Translations under genes and position numbers: made by a program
The notes under the pieces: generated by a model
The model's input: only the letters and a program-made list of their open reading frames with translations
What the model was told of the DNA's origin: nothing
The model's database searches: none
Origin: the human T2T-CHM13v2.0 reference genome, Homo sapiens
Length of the DNA stretch: 64,000 nt
Direction: 5' to 3' (one strand)
Assembly: GCF_009914755.1 (NCBI RefSeq)
Contig: NC_060929.1
Shown: positions 48,069-64,000 of the stretch, one piece after another
Layout: each line of letters begins with the position of its first letter
How positions within the stretch are numbered: position 1 is the first letter of the stretch

Positions 48069-50009
48069 ATTGCTCCCCATACCCTGTGCAACGATTACTG
48101 ATCTTTTCGCCACTAACATACACTAACATGAACTTTTTACCACTAACGTACACACCCCAAATTCTGTACCTAGCAGTGTCCATACAAGAAACCTACCTTC
48201 GATACATGCTTTTTGGATAAATGAATAGACTGTAAAAGTGATCCTATCCAATGTCAAAGTCTCTTTCTGGCAAGAATTACAGATCACTCTAGATTATTTT
48301 ATGCTCTTCAGTACAGAAAAATGTAATACATTTTAAAAAGTCTTTTTTATACAAAATAATATTACTAACCCATCACCATAACACAGGCACAGAGAGCAAG
48401 TATGTCTTTGGTATTTTCTGTCTGATCAGTAAACGCTTATCCTTTACTACAATTACATGCAATTTCTTCTTTTATAGCTTTCTTTCACTATTATTTCAGA
48501 GGTACATGATTCCATTTGACCAGACTAGATGCACTACGAAGAATAACATGAGACATATAATTTGTTTTGGTCAGTGTACCCTCATAATAAAAGCTAAAAG
48601 ATCTTCAAATGAATAAATTCTAAGACCCTATAGTTTTCAAAACCACAAATTATCAGAAATTCTCCAATATTATACAGTGTAAAGAGATAAAATACTTACA
48701 TAGGAAAAGACTTCCCTGTTAAGATTAATCTTTGAAATGTCTCATTTTCCATGAAAAATATTTAATCATCTTATACCAATATAAAGACATATATTCTTTA
48801 TTCTGCCCAATTTTTTTAATAAATGAAATTACTTCTAAACAATTTTATTTTAATGCTTTTGAAAAGTAGATGATATTAGCAATTCTGCAATAATTTAACT
48901 AGCAAAGGCATTGTTGTAATTTTTAGATAGATGTGGTAAATGGCTCTATATGGGAGTTGTTTCTGGTTTTTAATTCCTGGTATTTCTTTTAAAGCCTGCG
49001 TGATTCTAGACTTTTTTAAAATATAATATTAAACTTGGAAATGTCTTTGAGAGAAGAAAAGTGTGTGTGGGAGACTGTAAAACAGACTGGCCGTCTCAGA
49101 GTAAAATGAGAGAAAATGTGGACGCTCTGTCTTTTAACAGAAAGCTGTAGCAGTGCAGAACCTTTGCTTCTTCTCTGTAGAGACCATGCAGTGAATTTTT
49201 AAGAGTAGAAACTGATGAAAGAGTAAAACAAGAAATGTTTAGAGAATATAAACTAGTCAGACCATCTGAACTTCATGGAAAAAGCAATACATTTTAAAAT
49301 CATAATAATAGCACATGAGCCCAATCTAGGTAACACTACATATAGAAAGCTATATTATACATTATACATCTAATAATCCATATGCATGACCAGTCACATT
49401 TCAATTTCACATGTCTCCTAAAATTGCCACTTTGGTTTATCTCTAGCCACAAGCTTTTCACTATCCAATACAAAGCAAAGTCTCAGAAAATAATGAAACA
49501 AGATGAAGGAGAGCTCATGCAGTGGACAATAGTATATCCCCACAGAATTTGATGCCTGATCCAACTCAATGAAGTAGATATTGTTACCTGAGGCCAAGAT
49601 GTTAAATAATTTTGTTCTATGCTTCTGAGTATTGGGAATCGGGTCCCAAAGACACTGATGGCATTGTAATGTGAGATCTAACCAATAAATCTCTTTCCCA
49701 AAGCAAAATCCAGCAGAGAAAGTGGGCACCATTGATCTCACACAGCCAACTAAATAGCCAAAAGGTTGAGCAATGTAAGTTATTCTATTACCTCTGTTGA
49801 ATTTGGGTGATGAGTCACTCGGGTGAAGCTTTTGATATTTCCTCAGTGATCAGACTGCTTGATGGTACAGCCAAAATTCATTTAAATCCATATTCCCTGC
49901 AGCCTCCACTCTGGCTTCCTTGGTGACCCTAAGTACAAAAACAGAGATGCAACCAGTACGATGGGAGGGCCTTCTTGATAATGATTATAAAACCACTTAT
50001 TTCCAGGAG

Positions 50010-50640
50010 ATACACACACAAATAGGCTTATGAAGAGATGCTCAATCTCACTCATTATTCAAGAATAATAAATTAAGGCAAAAATTAAATGCTATTTTTA
50101 CCCCAAAATTTAAACCATATGAGAATTTGGGAAAAAATTTCTCACCTATGGGAGGATATATTGATGCACTCTTGTTGTTGAATCTAAATTTTAAACATGC
50201 ATACATTTTGAAACAGTAATTCCCATTTTTATAAATTGAACCCTAGGTAAGTGTTCAGAGATGCATACAGATGATATTACAGTGTTGAATAAGGAAGTAG
50301 CTAAATTAATTATAGTAAATCCATGCAGTGGAATGTCGTGAGGATCTAGAAAGAATGAGGTAAATCTATATATACTGATACGGAAATTATCCCAATGATA
50401 TTGCAAAGTGAAGAAAAGTAGTTTGAATAGCAATAGCTATCACATGATTTCCATTTCCATGCTATGATTCTCATTTGTGAAAACAGCATATACATATTTT
50501 TTTCCTTGTGTACATAGAAATTTCTGGAAGTATAAAATACCAATAAGTCTGTGGAGGGGAACACTAAGGTAGCAGTGGCAGGGGTGAAGTCAATGTGGAT
50601 ACAATAGGACCTTAACTTCCCACCTATTCTTTCTTTATTT
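50010..50640 (+). mobile_element. L1ME-like 3' fragment
   Basis: tatgaagagatgctcaatctcact, ccatgcagtggaat and gatattgcaaagtgaa motifs. Confidence 0.6.
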
Positions 50641-52204
50641 GACAAAAATGTTTACATGAGGTGGCAAGAGATTCTCTTCTCTCTTATCTTGCCTGTGTGA
50701 AGGCGAAATTGGATGGTAAGTGTACAGTATAAAGAGCCTGTCAGACACCAGTGAATATTGGGTCCCCTATTAAAACATGACTGAGTGTGCACAAACACAC
50801 CCACACATACACAACCCACTCCCTTCCACCAGCTTCTAAAACCTGATATCCTAGTATGCCTTCCATCAGGGAATGTCTCCATTTCTTCAAGGTATTCTTA
50901 TTTCACAGGAAGATAGGCGAGAGGGACTAGGACAAGAGTTAATTTGGCCATTGTTGTCACTTGATAGCTAGCTTATATTTTTCAAAAGAGAAAGAATCTC
51001 TTGTTCTATTTTACATTTCTAAAACAGAGAGAAATAAAATCTTCCCAGGTGCTATCTGTGACTTAGGCAAATGCTGCATCCTGCTCCCCACTTCAGTCAA
51101 TCTTGAGAGAACAACTGGGGTGGGAACATTTAAAATATACCTCTGCTGTGATTGAAAACTGCAAGAATAATGAAACTTTAAGCATAATAATGTTGAAACA
51201 ACACACAGTGAATTGTGGGGATTCTGACAGTCAGTGAGATTTCCAACTCCTTGTCTCTCTCTCAAATCACAGAAACAGTAAAAAAAAAAAAAAAAAAATA
51301 CCTTCAGTCAGTGGTCTCCAAAACAGATGTTGCTCTCACACATCAGCAATAAAGAAATTTTGAGCAAGCAGTCACAAAGTCACATACATCACACCATTTT
51401 ACTAATATTACCAAATACAAAAATTAAAATTAAAACATGACATTTAAAATATACAGAAAATCAAATTTCTAGTATTTTTTCCCACATCCAATGGGTTTCT
51501 GTTCCAAATAACTCATTAAGAAGAAACTATCATGCTCTCTCTTACACAATTATAAAAGTTACACCCCTAAAATATTACAACTTCATCTACTCAACCAGCA
51601 AAATCTTTTGAGACAACTTTTACTGCTAAAATGCCTCCTTAGAGAGCGTAGCGAAACAAAACTAATTTGAGGAAATTTATTATTATTCTTTCAATTTGGA
51701 GGGGGTAGATACTATTATGAGTGCTCTGTAGGTGCCAAGCATTGTCAAGAGCCTTAAAACATTTGACTTTTAATTTTTCCAACCACTCTGGATAGTAAAC
51801 CTTATTCCCATCTTTCAGTTACAGAAACTGAGGATTAAAGCAGCCCAAGATTAACTAGTTAGAAACTGGTAAGATATCACATCAGAATCTTACTTTGACT
51901 GATTCCAAATCCAAACACTTAATCAGTCTATTTACTGCTTAGAAAAGGGAAACACTAGGTGTAAAAAAAAAAATGTGTAATGTGGTTACAGAATCTGAAA
52001 TCATGAAATATTACGTAGTCAAAAAGATAAGAAGCAGTTTGAGAGCTAGGTCTTCTCTCATTCCATATCTGTGAGATTTATCACTTAAAGCTCACAGATA
52101 TACCTACACAGAAAGATTTTTCTGTAGCTAACAATAAAACAGGACCCCACCTGTATTTATCACCAGGTACACTACACCTTAAGAACTTTGGTAGGGAAGG
52201 TTTG

Positions 52205-52400
52205 CAAGCTTGTCCAACCCGCAGCCTGTGGGCTGCATGTGGCCCAGGACAGCTTTGAATGCAACCCAATACAAATTGGTAAACTTTCTTAAAACATTAT
52301 AAGATTGTTTGTGATTGTTAATGTTAGTGTATTTTATGTGTGGCCAAAGACAATTCTTCTTCCAATGTGGCCCAGGGAAGCAAAAGATTGGACACCCTTG
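52205..52400 (-). mobile_element. MER30 hAT-Charlie MITE
   Basis: Ends caagcttgtccaa and ttggacacccttg; contains tggcccagggaagc. Confidence 0.9.
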
Positions 52401-52557
52401 GTTTAGGAAAAACATTTTCCACAAATTTAAAGTTGTCTCTTTATAACTTTCTATTACTTTATTTAAAGTGAAAATAAAACCCACATAGATTTTTTTAAAT
52501 TAAATCTGTGCATATGATTTGTGTGAGAAATTCTTTTTTAAATAATTTACTCTGTGG

Positions 52558-52772
52558 CAGTGGTTCTCAATGGGGGAGGATTTTGGCTTCCAAGGACATT
52601 TGGCAATGTCTTGAGACAGTTTTGGCTGTCACCACCAGGGTAGGGATGCTTCTGGCATCTAGTGGGTAGAGGCCAGGGATGTTACTAAACGCTCTACAGT
52701 GCACAGGACGGTCCTCTACAACAAATAATTATCCTTCCCCAAATGCCAATAGTGCCAGGTTGAGAAACCTCA
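52558..52772 (+). mobile_element. MER20 hAT-Charlie MITE
   Basis: cagtggttctcaa...ggcatctagtgggtagaggccagggatg...ttgagaaacc; 8-bp TSD-like ctctgtgg and ctctaagg. Confidence 0.92.
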
Positions 52773-52915
52773 CTCTAAGGAAATAATCAATGATATTGTC
52801 AAAAATAACTATCCAAATGTGTTCATCACAGCACTATTTGTGATTGTTTAATAATGAGATGTTAAATTACAGTACATTTATTCATTAGAACACTGTAGCC
52901 ATTTAAAATGATGTT

Positions 52916-53190
52916 GGCCAGGCACGGTGGCTCATGCCTGTAATCCCAGCACTTTGTGAGGCCTAGGCGGGCGGATCACGAGGGCAAGAGATCGAGACTA
53001 TCCTGGCCAACATGGTGAAACCCCGTCTCTACTAAAAATACCAAAAATTAGCTGGGCATGGTGGCACGCACTGAGGCAGGAGAATCACTTGAACCAGGGA
53101 GGTGGAGGTTGCAGTGACCCAAAGTAGTGCCACTGCAATCCAGCCTGGGTGACAGAGCGAGACATCATCTCAAAAAAAATAAAAATAAAA
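52916..53190 (+). mobile_element. AluSc-like with a short internal deletion
   Basis: caagagatcgagac diagnostic; TSD taaaatgatgtt at 52904 and 53191. Confidence 0.93.
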
Positions 53191-55149
53191 TAAAATGATG
53201 TTGCAGGAGAATATTTAACAACATGAAGAAGTGTATATGAATTTACATGTCCTAAATTAGTATGTTTGGTGTGGTTATAGTATTATAAAAGTATACATAT
53301 ACTTACATACAGCATGGAAAATATTTTGAAAGAATATTGACCAAAATATTAATAACGTCTGTTGCTGAAAGGAGATCCTATAAAATAATATCCATGACCA
53401 ACGTCATTAAAAATATTGACACACTTATCCTGAGGAGGAAAAGCACAGTTGATCTAAGCTATCATCTCAAAATCAAAGCCTTCTCAACATACAACATTTT
53501 TGCAACATCTCTTTTCGGAACATGTCAGTGGAAGAGTTTTATTTCCTGACATCAAGTTCCTTAATGATAGAAGAGGGGAGCAGCAGGTGTTTCTCACCAG
53601 GTGCCTTCATGATGGAAGCAGATAGAGTTCACTGGAATATTTTTGTTCAGAGCCAAAATAGCACATACTATTCTCGTGCCTTGTCTTTAAAAGCCTTCTT
53701 TGTTACACTATGATTCAAAAGCAAAATTACTCTTTTGCACCCACTCCAAGAACAGTATGATCATGACACTCTGCAAACTGAATAAATGTTTGAAACATCA
53801 TGAACATCACATATCCCCATATCAGAATGTTGTATGAGTAGGAGGCATTATGATATCATCTGCTGTGCAGCCTCTTAACTTCCTATTGCAATTCAGAAAT
53901 ATTATTGGTGTCCCTCCAGAAACACATTCTTTATTTTAGTGACCAGTAGCCTCATTGTGAATAAGCCCAAAAATAAAATAAAATGAAATGGCAATAAGTC
54001 TCCACAAATACTACAATGTTTATATAAACCAAAAAAAAAAAAAAAAACTGACAAGAGAAAGTTTGCTCACCAATACACTTGAACTTCTTATCTGCACCAG
54101 CCAGAGAAAGGAAACAGGAAGAGGTGAAGGAGAAAGGGAGAGAGGAAAAGAGGACTATCTATTATTTACAAAGGAGCAAAGATTATATAAAATAAAATGT
54201 CCTTGCTTATATTCATCGAAAAGAGGTCCAAATAGCTTACAGTTACCCATGGTACTAAGACCATTTCTTCTATTCTGAAATATTAAATAAGAACAATATT
54301 TTCTTAATGGCTCCAGAAAAGAGAAAGTACTTTTGTTATGGTTGTTCATCCATTACATTACATATCATGTAAAATCGTTGAAAGCACATTAACTCTCTGA
54401 CTCAAGATCATAAAATAATCATATGTACATGCCTTTATTTCCTTCCTAAAATCTTAGGAAAATACCAAAAAACACGTATTTTTTTAAACACTGACAAACT
54501 CTGGAAAATAGAAAATCATTTCATCAGTGAGCCAAACTTTGAAGAAATTTCTGAAAAGCAGAGAGCAAATAGAATAAGATTGACAGAAGAGTCCAAGTAA
54601 GAGAGACAATTAAAGAGAAACAAAAGAGAGGGGCACTACAGAGCCACTTTTCCCAGTGGTGATACAACAAAACTCCAAGTTTAGAGTCAACAAGAACTGG
54701 AAGGAGCATCAGGACATGGAACAGCCCTCAGGGTAATTAACGAGTGGGCCAGTTTCCAGCCAACATCCGTGTGTACAGACAGGCTGATTGCAACATGCAT
54801 CCCAGATAGAGCACAGTAAAAAACAGTTCTCTAAACCTATGCTGTCCAATATGGCAACACACGAGTGGCTAGTGGCTTCAGTATTGGACAGAACAGCCCC
54901 AGATCATTTCTATTATAGCAGAAAATTTGATTACATGCCACTACTCTAAACAAAGTGGGAGGTCTGATGATAGTAGCAAGAGTAGAGAAGGACATACAGG
55001 AGAGGAACTGAAAAAGGAATTTTCCTGTCATAAGCGCGGGGCCTAGAAATGAAGCAGAAATGAACTAAGATAAGTGCAGACACACAGAGAGGAAAAGGCA
55101 GCTCTGTGCAAAACTGAAATGATTTTTTTTTCCTCTTCAAGTAAAAGGC

Positions 55150-55400
55150 AGCAAGAATTACAGTGGTTAAGAGGATGGTCTCTGGAGCCTGAATGACTAG
55201 TGTTGTTCATATTTATAGCTATACAGCCTTAACACATTAAATGCATAAGGTAGAACAAGTGAATTAAAGCCCTTGGTACATGTTTTCTTATCTGTTATAT
55301 CAAATAATATAATAGTCTCTACCTCACAGAATTATGGGAGTATTAGTTAATTTATATAAAACCCTCAACAAGTGTTTGCTCCTGCAATTGTTATATTATT
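55150..55400 (+). mobile_element. MIR
   Basis: cagtggttaagagga..gtctctggagc and aatagtctctacctcacaga motifs. Confidence 0.65.
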
Positions 55401-55679
55401 ACCACAATAAATTTTTCTATACTCAGAGCAAAGCCATCCTTAATTTGACAGAAGTAGAGAGCGTGAGATTGGTACCCACCCTCCATGCATCCTAAGAAGA
55501 CAACCTATCCCCTGTACACATTATTTACAAAGAGTCAGCTGGTAGTTAGTCCTCCCAATCCTGTGACAGTCCTGTTTCTTAAACAAGCAAACAAAACTGT
55601 GGAGGACTCACGTGCCATCTAGTCTTTTAATCAACTTTGTCTTTTATGTATAAATTTGAAAAAAAACTTTCAAACTCCA

Positions 55680-58340
<2,661 letters not shown>

Positions 58341-59091
58341 ATAAAAACAGAAATTAAGGAAATTTTAGAATTAAACTATGCTAACCATCAAAAACTATGC
58401 TGGTAAATAAAGGAAAAAGATCATTAAAAGTTCAAGGAATTAACAGACCAGATGTTGAAGGATAGCAACTGGATTTGCCAAGCATGATAATAGGCATTGA
58501 AATCATAAGGAAGACAATGCAATAAGGTAGGGACATTATGGGGAAAAAGAGATTATGCATTTCCAGAAGGAGCAGGGGTTTTTATAAGACAGGGTTCTGG
58601 TCTAGAAGAGGTAATAGAGAATGAGTATATAAATCTTAGCATCTACTTGAGGTACATGGAGCAGGAGGGAAGAGGAAAATACAGCCTTTTTAAAAGAGGA
58701 TTGAACGCACAGAATACACAGATTTTGATCACAATAAGAACAGAACATGATGCAAAGAGGAGAGGAGACACAGGACACTTTACTAATCAACAGCGCAGGT
58801 CCCAGAGGATACAGGAAGCTTTGGGATTCTAACAACGAGGGGTTGGCGATGTACAGATTGCTGTACAGATGACAAAAATGGGGGTGATAATGAAAGTCCA
58901 GGAAGATTTTGCCTTCTAGAGATTACTAAAGTAAATACAGATGTGTGGCATCGTGAAATTAATCCTCAGTCTCGTAGAAGAAAGAGAGTGATCAGATACA
59001 GTACTATGGACTGAAATGCTCAGGGAAAAAATTCAAACCTCACTCCTGTCTCAGACAGCATCTAGGGATACAGCTAAAAAGAAGCTGAAGA

Positions 59092-59551
<460 letters not shown>

Positions 59552-59659
59552 TTATTTAATTCTGGAAAGCATTATCAAAAAAATGAAAAAAGAAAACATC
59601 AAATAACCAATATTAATCATTAAAAAGAAAACATAACTGGAAATTCAAAGTATTACTGG

Positions 59660-60370
59660 TTTTCATTTTTGAAAAATGTCAAATATGTACAAAGATAGAA
59701 AGAATAGAACAATAAAACTTAAGGTACCCATTAACCAGCTTCAGCAATTACTATGGCTTATTTTGTTTCATTGCTATCACCATCCACTCCCTGCAGCCTA
59801 TGTTACTTTGAAGCATATGTCAGATATCAAACCATTTCAGCTGTAAATATTCAGTGTGTATCACTAAAAAGTAGTATCTCCTTTTAAAGACAGCACTATA
59901 TCATCATCACAGATTCAGTGTTCATATTTAAGTTTTCATATTTTTTAGTTCTTATAATTTTCTTGGTTTGTTTGTTTAAACCAGAATCCAAATAAGATCC
60001 ATACATTACAATTGGTTGATATTCTTCTAGGTCTCTTCTAATGTATAGGTTTCCCTTCTCTCTTTAGCTCTTGCTTTCCCCCTATAAATGTTGTTGTTGT
60101 TGTTGTTGAGGAAGTGGTGTCTTTTATCCTGTGGTTTGCTTACAGTCTGGAGTTTGTTGATTATATCCTGCAGTGCTGTTTAATATATTCTTATATATTC
60201 TTCATTTGCTGAATATTGGCAGTTACATCTAGATGCTTCATAAGATTCAAATTCCATTATTTTATAAGACAACGTCATAGATGACATTGTGAACCTCCAT
60301 CAAGATCTGATCATTTCTGCTTTTGTGATGTAGCAGCCATTGATAATCATTGCCTAGCCAATTAATTCAC
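59660..60370 (-). mobile_element. Old L1MC/ME 3'UTR fragment nested in an L1ME
   Basis: aaagatagaaagaatagaacaat, aaccagaatccaaataagatccatacatt and cagccattgataatcattgcctag motifs. Confidence 0.6.
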
Positions 60371-60399
60371 TGGCGTGAAAAAATTATATTTTATTTATA

Positions 60400-61860
60400 T
60401 TGTCAAAAAAATTATCAGAAAACATTCTGTACAGCCTCATGCCAATAAATCAAAAACTCTAAATGAAATAAAAACTTCTCTTGGACAATGTTTTATGAAT
60501 ATTGAATCTGTAATCCGTAATAAACTTTAACAAACTACTTACCATACAAAAAATTAAAAAGATAATTATGAAACACTCATGTTTTAGAGACACATTTTCC
60601 CAAACTTCAAGGAACAGATAATTCCTTTGTTATAAACTGTTTCAGACCATAGAAAAAGATGAAAAACTTCACAGTTCATTTTATGAAGCAATACTAATTT
60701 TGATATGAAACCCAATAAGAGTATAATAAAAAGGAAATTATAAATCAGTTTCATTTGTGAGGATTTAAAAAATCATTAGCAAAATGAATCCAGCAACATA
60801 TTAAAATAATTTAACATAATAACCAACTGGAGTAGAACCAGAAGTGCAGACGTGGTTTAACATTAGAAAACAATTTCTATAAAACAAAAACAGATGGCTA
60901 TCCTCCCTCACTTCAATTATTTGACATTGTTCTGGAGGTTCCAATTAGCACAAATAAAGACGTAAAGTTGTTTAGTATTTGAAGATGATATGATTGTATG
61001 TAAGAAAAATCCAAGATTCCAAGTGGAAAAGTTGTTACCAAAAAAAGCAAATACAAGTAAGTAGGCTGGATATAAAATTAATATACAAAAATTGATGGCT
61101 TTAATATCTAAAAACAATAACTACTTCTAACGAATAATGGCATAAAGTACCAAAAAATCAATAGCAATAAAAAATAAATCTCCAAGAATAAATATTGTAA
61201 GTAAATAATTAACAAGATCTAAATAACAAACAGATTTAAATACTCTTGAGGGATGTAAAATGATAAATAAATCAAAGTATAACATATTCTTAGGAAGACT
61301 AAACATTAATAGAAATGTTATTTCTCCTTAATCTATAAGTGTACGGAAATCTTAACTATGAGATTTAAATGATATAATAAACACACGAGAGTAGCTAGGA
61401 AAAAAAAAAATCTGGGTAAAAAAAAATTCAGAGTATAATAGGGACGAGCCCAAAGAGGAATTAAACATTACAAAGCCAAAATAACAAAAGCAGTGTGGCA
61501 ACAGCACATGAAGAGATAATCAATGGACTATAATAGAAAGTGCAAAAATGAACCCAAAAGCACACAGAAATTTATATTATGGGCACCTCAAAGCAGCAAG
61601 GAAAAGGTGACTGATGCAATAAGGAGGGCTGGCACAACTGGATAGCCATTTGGAAAATTGCTTCTGTCTTACACCTGGATAAATTCCAAAAAGATTAAAG
61701 ATTTCCTGAAATATAAAAGTGTTTAAAAAAGCCATTTGAAAATCCTTTCAAAATTTCAAACTGGGAAAGATGTGTTTATGAAACATCACCTAAAAGAAAA
61801 ACTAGATAAAAAACAATCTAGGTGAAGATTTTTGCAATTAATGATATACATAATGCTTAA
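60400..61860 (+). mobile_element. Ancient L1ME ORF2 remnant
   Basis: Degenerate RT motif gtatttgaagatgatatgattgta (VFEDDMIV); ttcattttatgaagca; continues the piece at about 59460-59640. Confidence 0.7.
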
Positions 61861-62109
61861 ATATCTCTCAAATGTGTGAAATGTATAGATCCCATGCATA
61901 CTCAGCATGACAGTACCTCTTCTGCAGCGCCTTTGTCAAAACAATGTGTTAATTATTTTCACTGTGCTCATAGGTCAAAACTAATATTTCAACGTTGTTT
62001 AAATTCATGCTATTTATTTTTAATTAAGGCTCTGCTTTCACTTCGGGGAAAAAAAAAAAGACTATTTTCCGTATTTTATGTTGCAAGTGTACACAAAGCT
62101 TTGATTACA

Positions 62110-62340
62110 GTAGCAATACTCCCCAAAATGGAGTTAGACTAAGCTGGGTCCTGAACCCAGCCCTATCGCTTCTTCAATATGTGTCTTTGCAGAAATTAAT
62201 GTCACTGACCTCGGGCATCTTTATCTATAAAAGAGTACTAGTCATATCTACTTCACAGGGTTTTTGTTGGAAAGAAAATGAGATAGCAATTGTGAAGTTC
62301 TGGAAACACAGAGTAGGGACTTCATGTGTGTTAATGTTTT
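62110..62340 (+). mobile_element. MIR
   Basis: ggagttagactaagctgggt and tctataaaagag..tatctacttcacaggg motifs. Confidence 0.6.
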
Positions 62341-64000
62341 TTACCTCTTTTCTTCCCTTGCCCTCATACCTGGAGCATGGACGGTCCCATTCTTTCAAAG
62401 GGCAAGCTTACCTGGATAGCTAAGAGAACCTACTCATTTTGCAAATGGTGAAACTGAGGCCATGCAGAGACATTTCCAGAGAAACATCCCACACAGACAT
62501 GGACAATGACAGTTTCCTCTTATCCCCCCGAAGGAGCCAAAACCACGAGTCACTGCAAAAACCTCCAACTCCAAACCTCAACAGGTTTTACCATGTCCTG
62601 TGAAATCCCATCTATCCACAAGATATCCAAGGTGGTAATCCAAGAGTTAAAAAACAGCCACCATTTTTTTTTTTTCTAGACTATGTCCTTTTGAGAACTG
62701 CAGAACTAAAACAAACTGTATAAGCAAGTTTGGAAGAGTTAATGCTGAGAATGTCTCTTGGACACAGCACAAGGGCTCCACCTTCAGCTTTAGAGTGAAG
62801 AGGAATTTTTCAAAAATTCCACTGTCAGAGTCCTAAGAAAGCAGACCTGAAATATAATCTCTTCTCATAAAATTTAAACTACACAACCTTTCACTTTTAA
62901 ATATTTCAGTCCTGAATATTTATCTACTGCCCACAGGTGAAATGAAGAGTCTTATAATGTGCAATATTGACATTATAGTGACAAGATTTAAAAATGTATT
63001 ACATTTTCTTTAAATTCTTCAGAACATACATTTTCACGTCATTTTCTTTATAGTTGCAGCAAAGCCTGATTAGCTCTTTCATTTTAATTCTCCTATGGTT
63101 TCACTCAATTGGACTTAAGTTCTTCTAATAAAGAAAAAGGTTAATTCTTGCCCAGTAGATTTATTTATAAATTACCAGTGGGTTTTGAATATTCCAGTAA
63201 ATACATTGCAGTCTTTGGAAGAGAATTTTTATATTGACAAAGGGAAGCAAAATTCAGTTCTATTCAAGGATGTTGATTGGACCTTGAACATTAAAATCTA
63301 CCAGTGGGCAGTGGTAAGGAATACAGCATCTAAAAACAAACTTCCAATAGAGTCCCGTAATTTCATAGAATGAACCTCACAAATATAAGTTGAATTCTAA
63401 AGCGATTTATGTAATTGCATTACAGAGTGGAAGATATTCCACTTTTTTCAGCTACATATTTTACAGTGATATATTTTTTAAAAGGTGACAAAGTGCCAAT
63501 TGCTGTACAAATTGTGGCATATAGGAGGGAAATTAGTCATTTTTCTACATTAAAATTAGTAGATATAGATTATAAGCAAATGTAAATACAGACAGACACA
63601 GATTGAATCTTTCAAATCCTGATCGTAAGTGTAAACTTTTTGCTAACTTTCTCCATCTTTTTTCCTCTATCATGCTCTCAGATTTCTAAGTCTTAGTGAA
63701 AAGTCATAAATATTCAGGGTTATAGAACTGTGTCTCAGTAAAGAAAATTGGAAAATTAAACTTACATCTTAAACCTCAGAAAGTTTCTACATGCCTTCTA
63801 ATGGTTTCTTGAATTCTTATCTTTTTTTTCCCATTGGATTGCTTACAAAACTGGAGTCAGAAGTTGCCACAGAGAAACGTGATTTTTTTGTGTCCCAAAG
63901 ACACTGAAATGAGATTACCGCCTCACCAAAGCAAGGATTGAAACCAAGCCCCAACTTCTGTTTTTTTCAACACTCAGGTTTCAAAGTCCTTGCCCATCTA

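Noticed and set aside
48110-48150. Three ACTAAC (QKI or branch-point) motifs
   Set aside because: Explained by a small local duplication, and on the strand opposite the inferred transcript.
48198-48230. Short minus-strand exon-like segment with AAG|gtaggt donor
   Set aside because: It overlaps an L2 3'-end-like sequence and has a short pyrimidine tract; likely chance.

Overview
Human (primate) genomic DNA, AT-rich and dominated by interspersed repeats. An AluYg6-type element points to human. No intact protein-coding gene is visible; almost every listed ORF is L1, Alu, ERV or simple-repeat derived. Main structures: (1) a near full-length L1PA5/6 (5041-11036, +) inserted into an Alu; (2) a twin-primed, 5'-inverted L1PA5/6 (27493-32859) carrying an AluY; (3) an internally deleted ERV-L provirus with two LTR16-like LTRs (about 22440-26620, -); (4) many Alus, old L1M, MIR, L2, MaLR/MLT LTRs and DNA transposons. 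L1 orientation bias and several well-formed splice-site pairs suggest introns of a minus-strand transcript with small, mostly non-coding exons; the gene was not identified. The most unusual signals are a 4-bp frameshifting insertion inside an 87-bp identical tract shared by the two L1PA copies 24 kb apart (suggesting gene conversion) and a complex micro-inversion near 19.6-20.2 kb. Subfamily calls come from recalled consensus sequences, not a database search. I found no evidence of a new multi-gene system.
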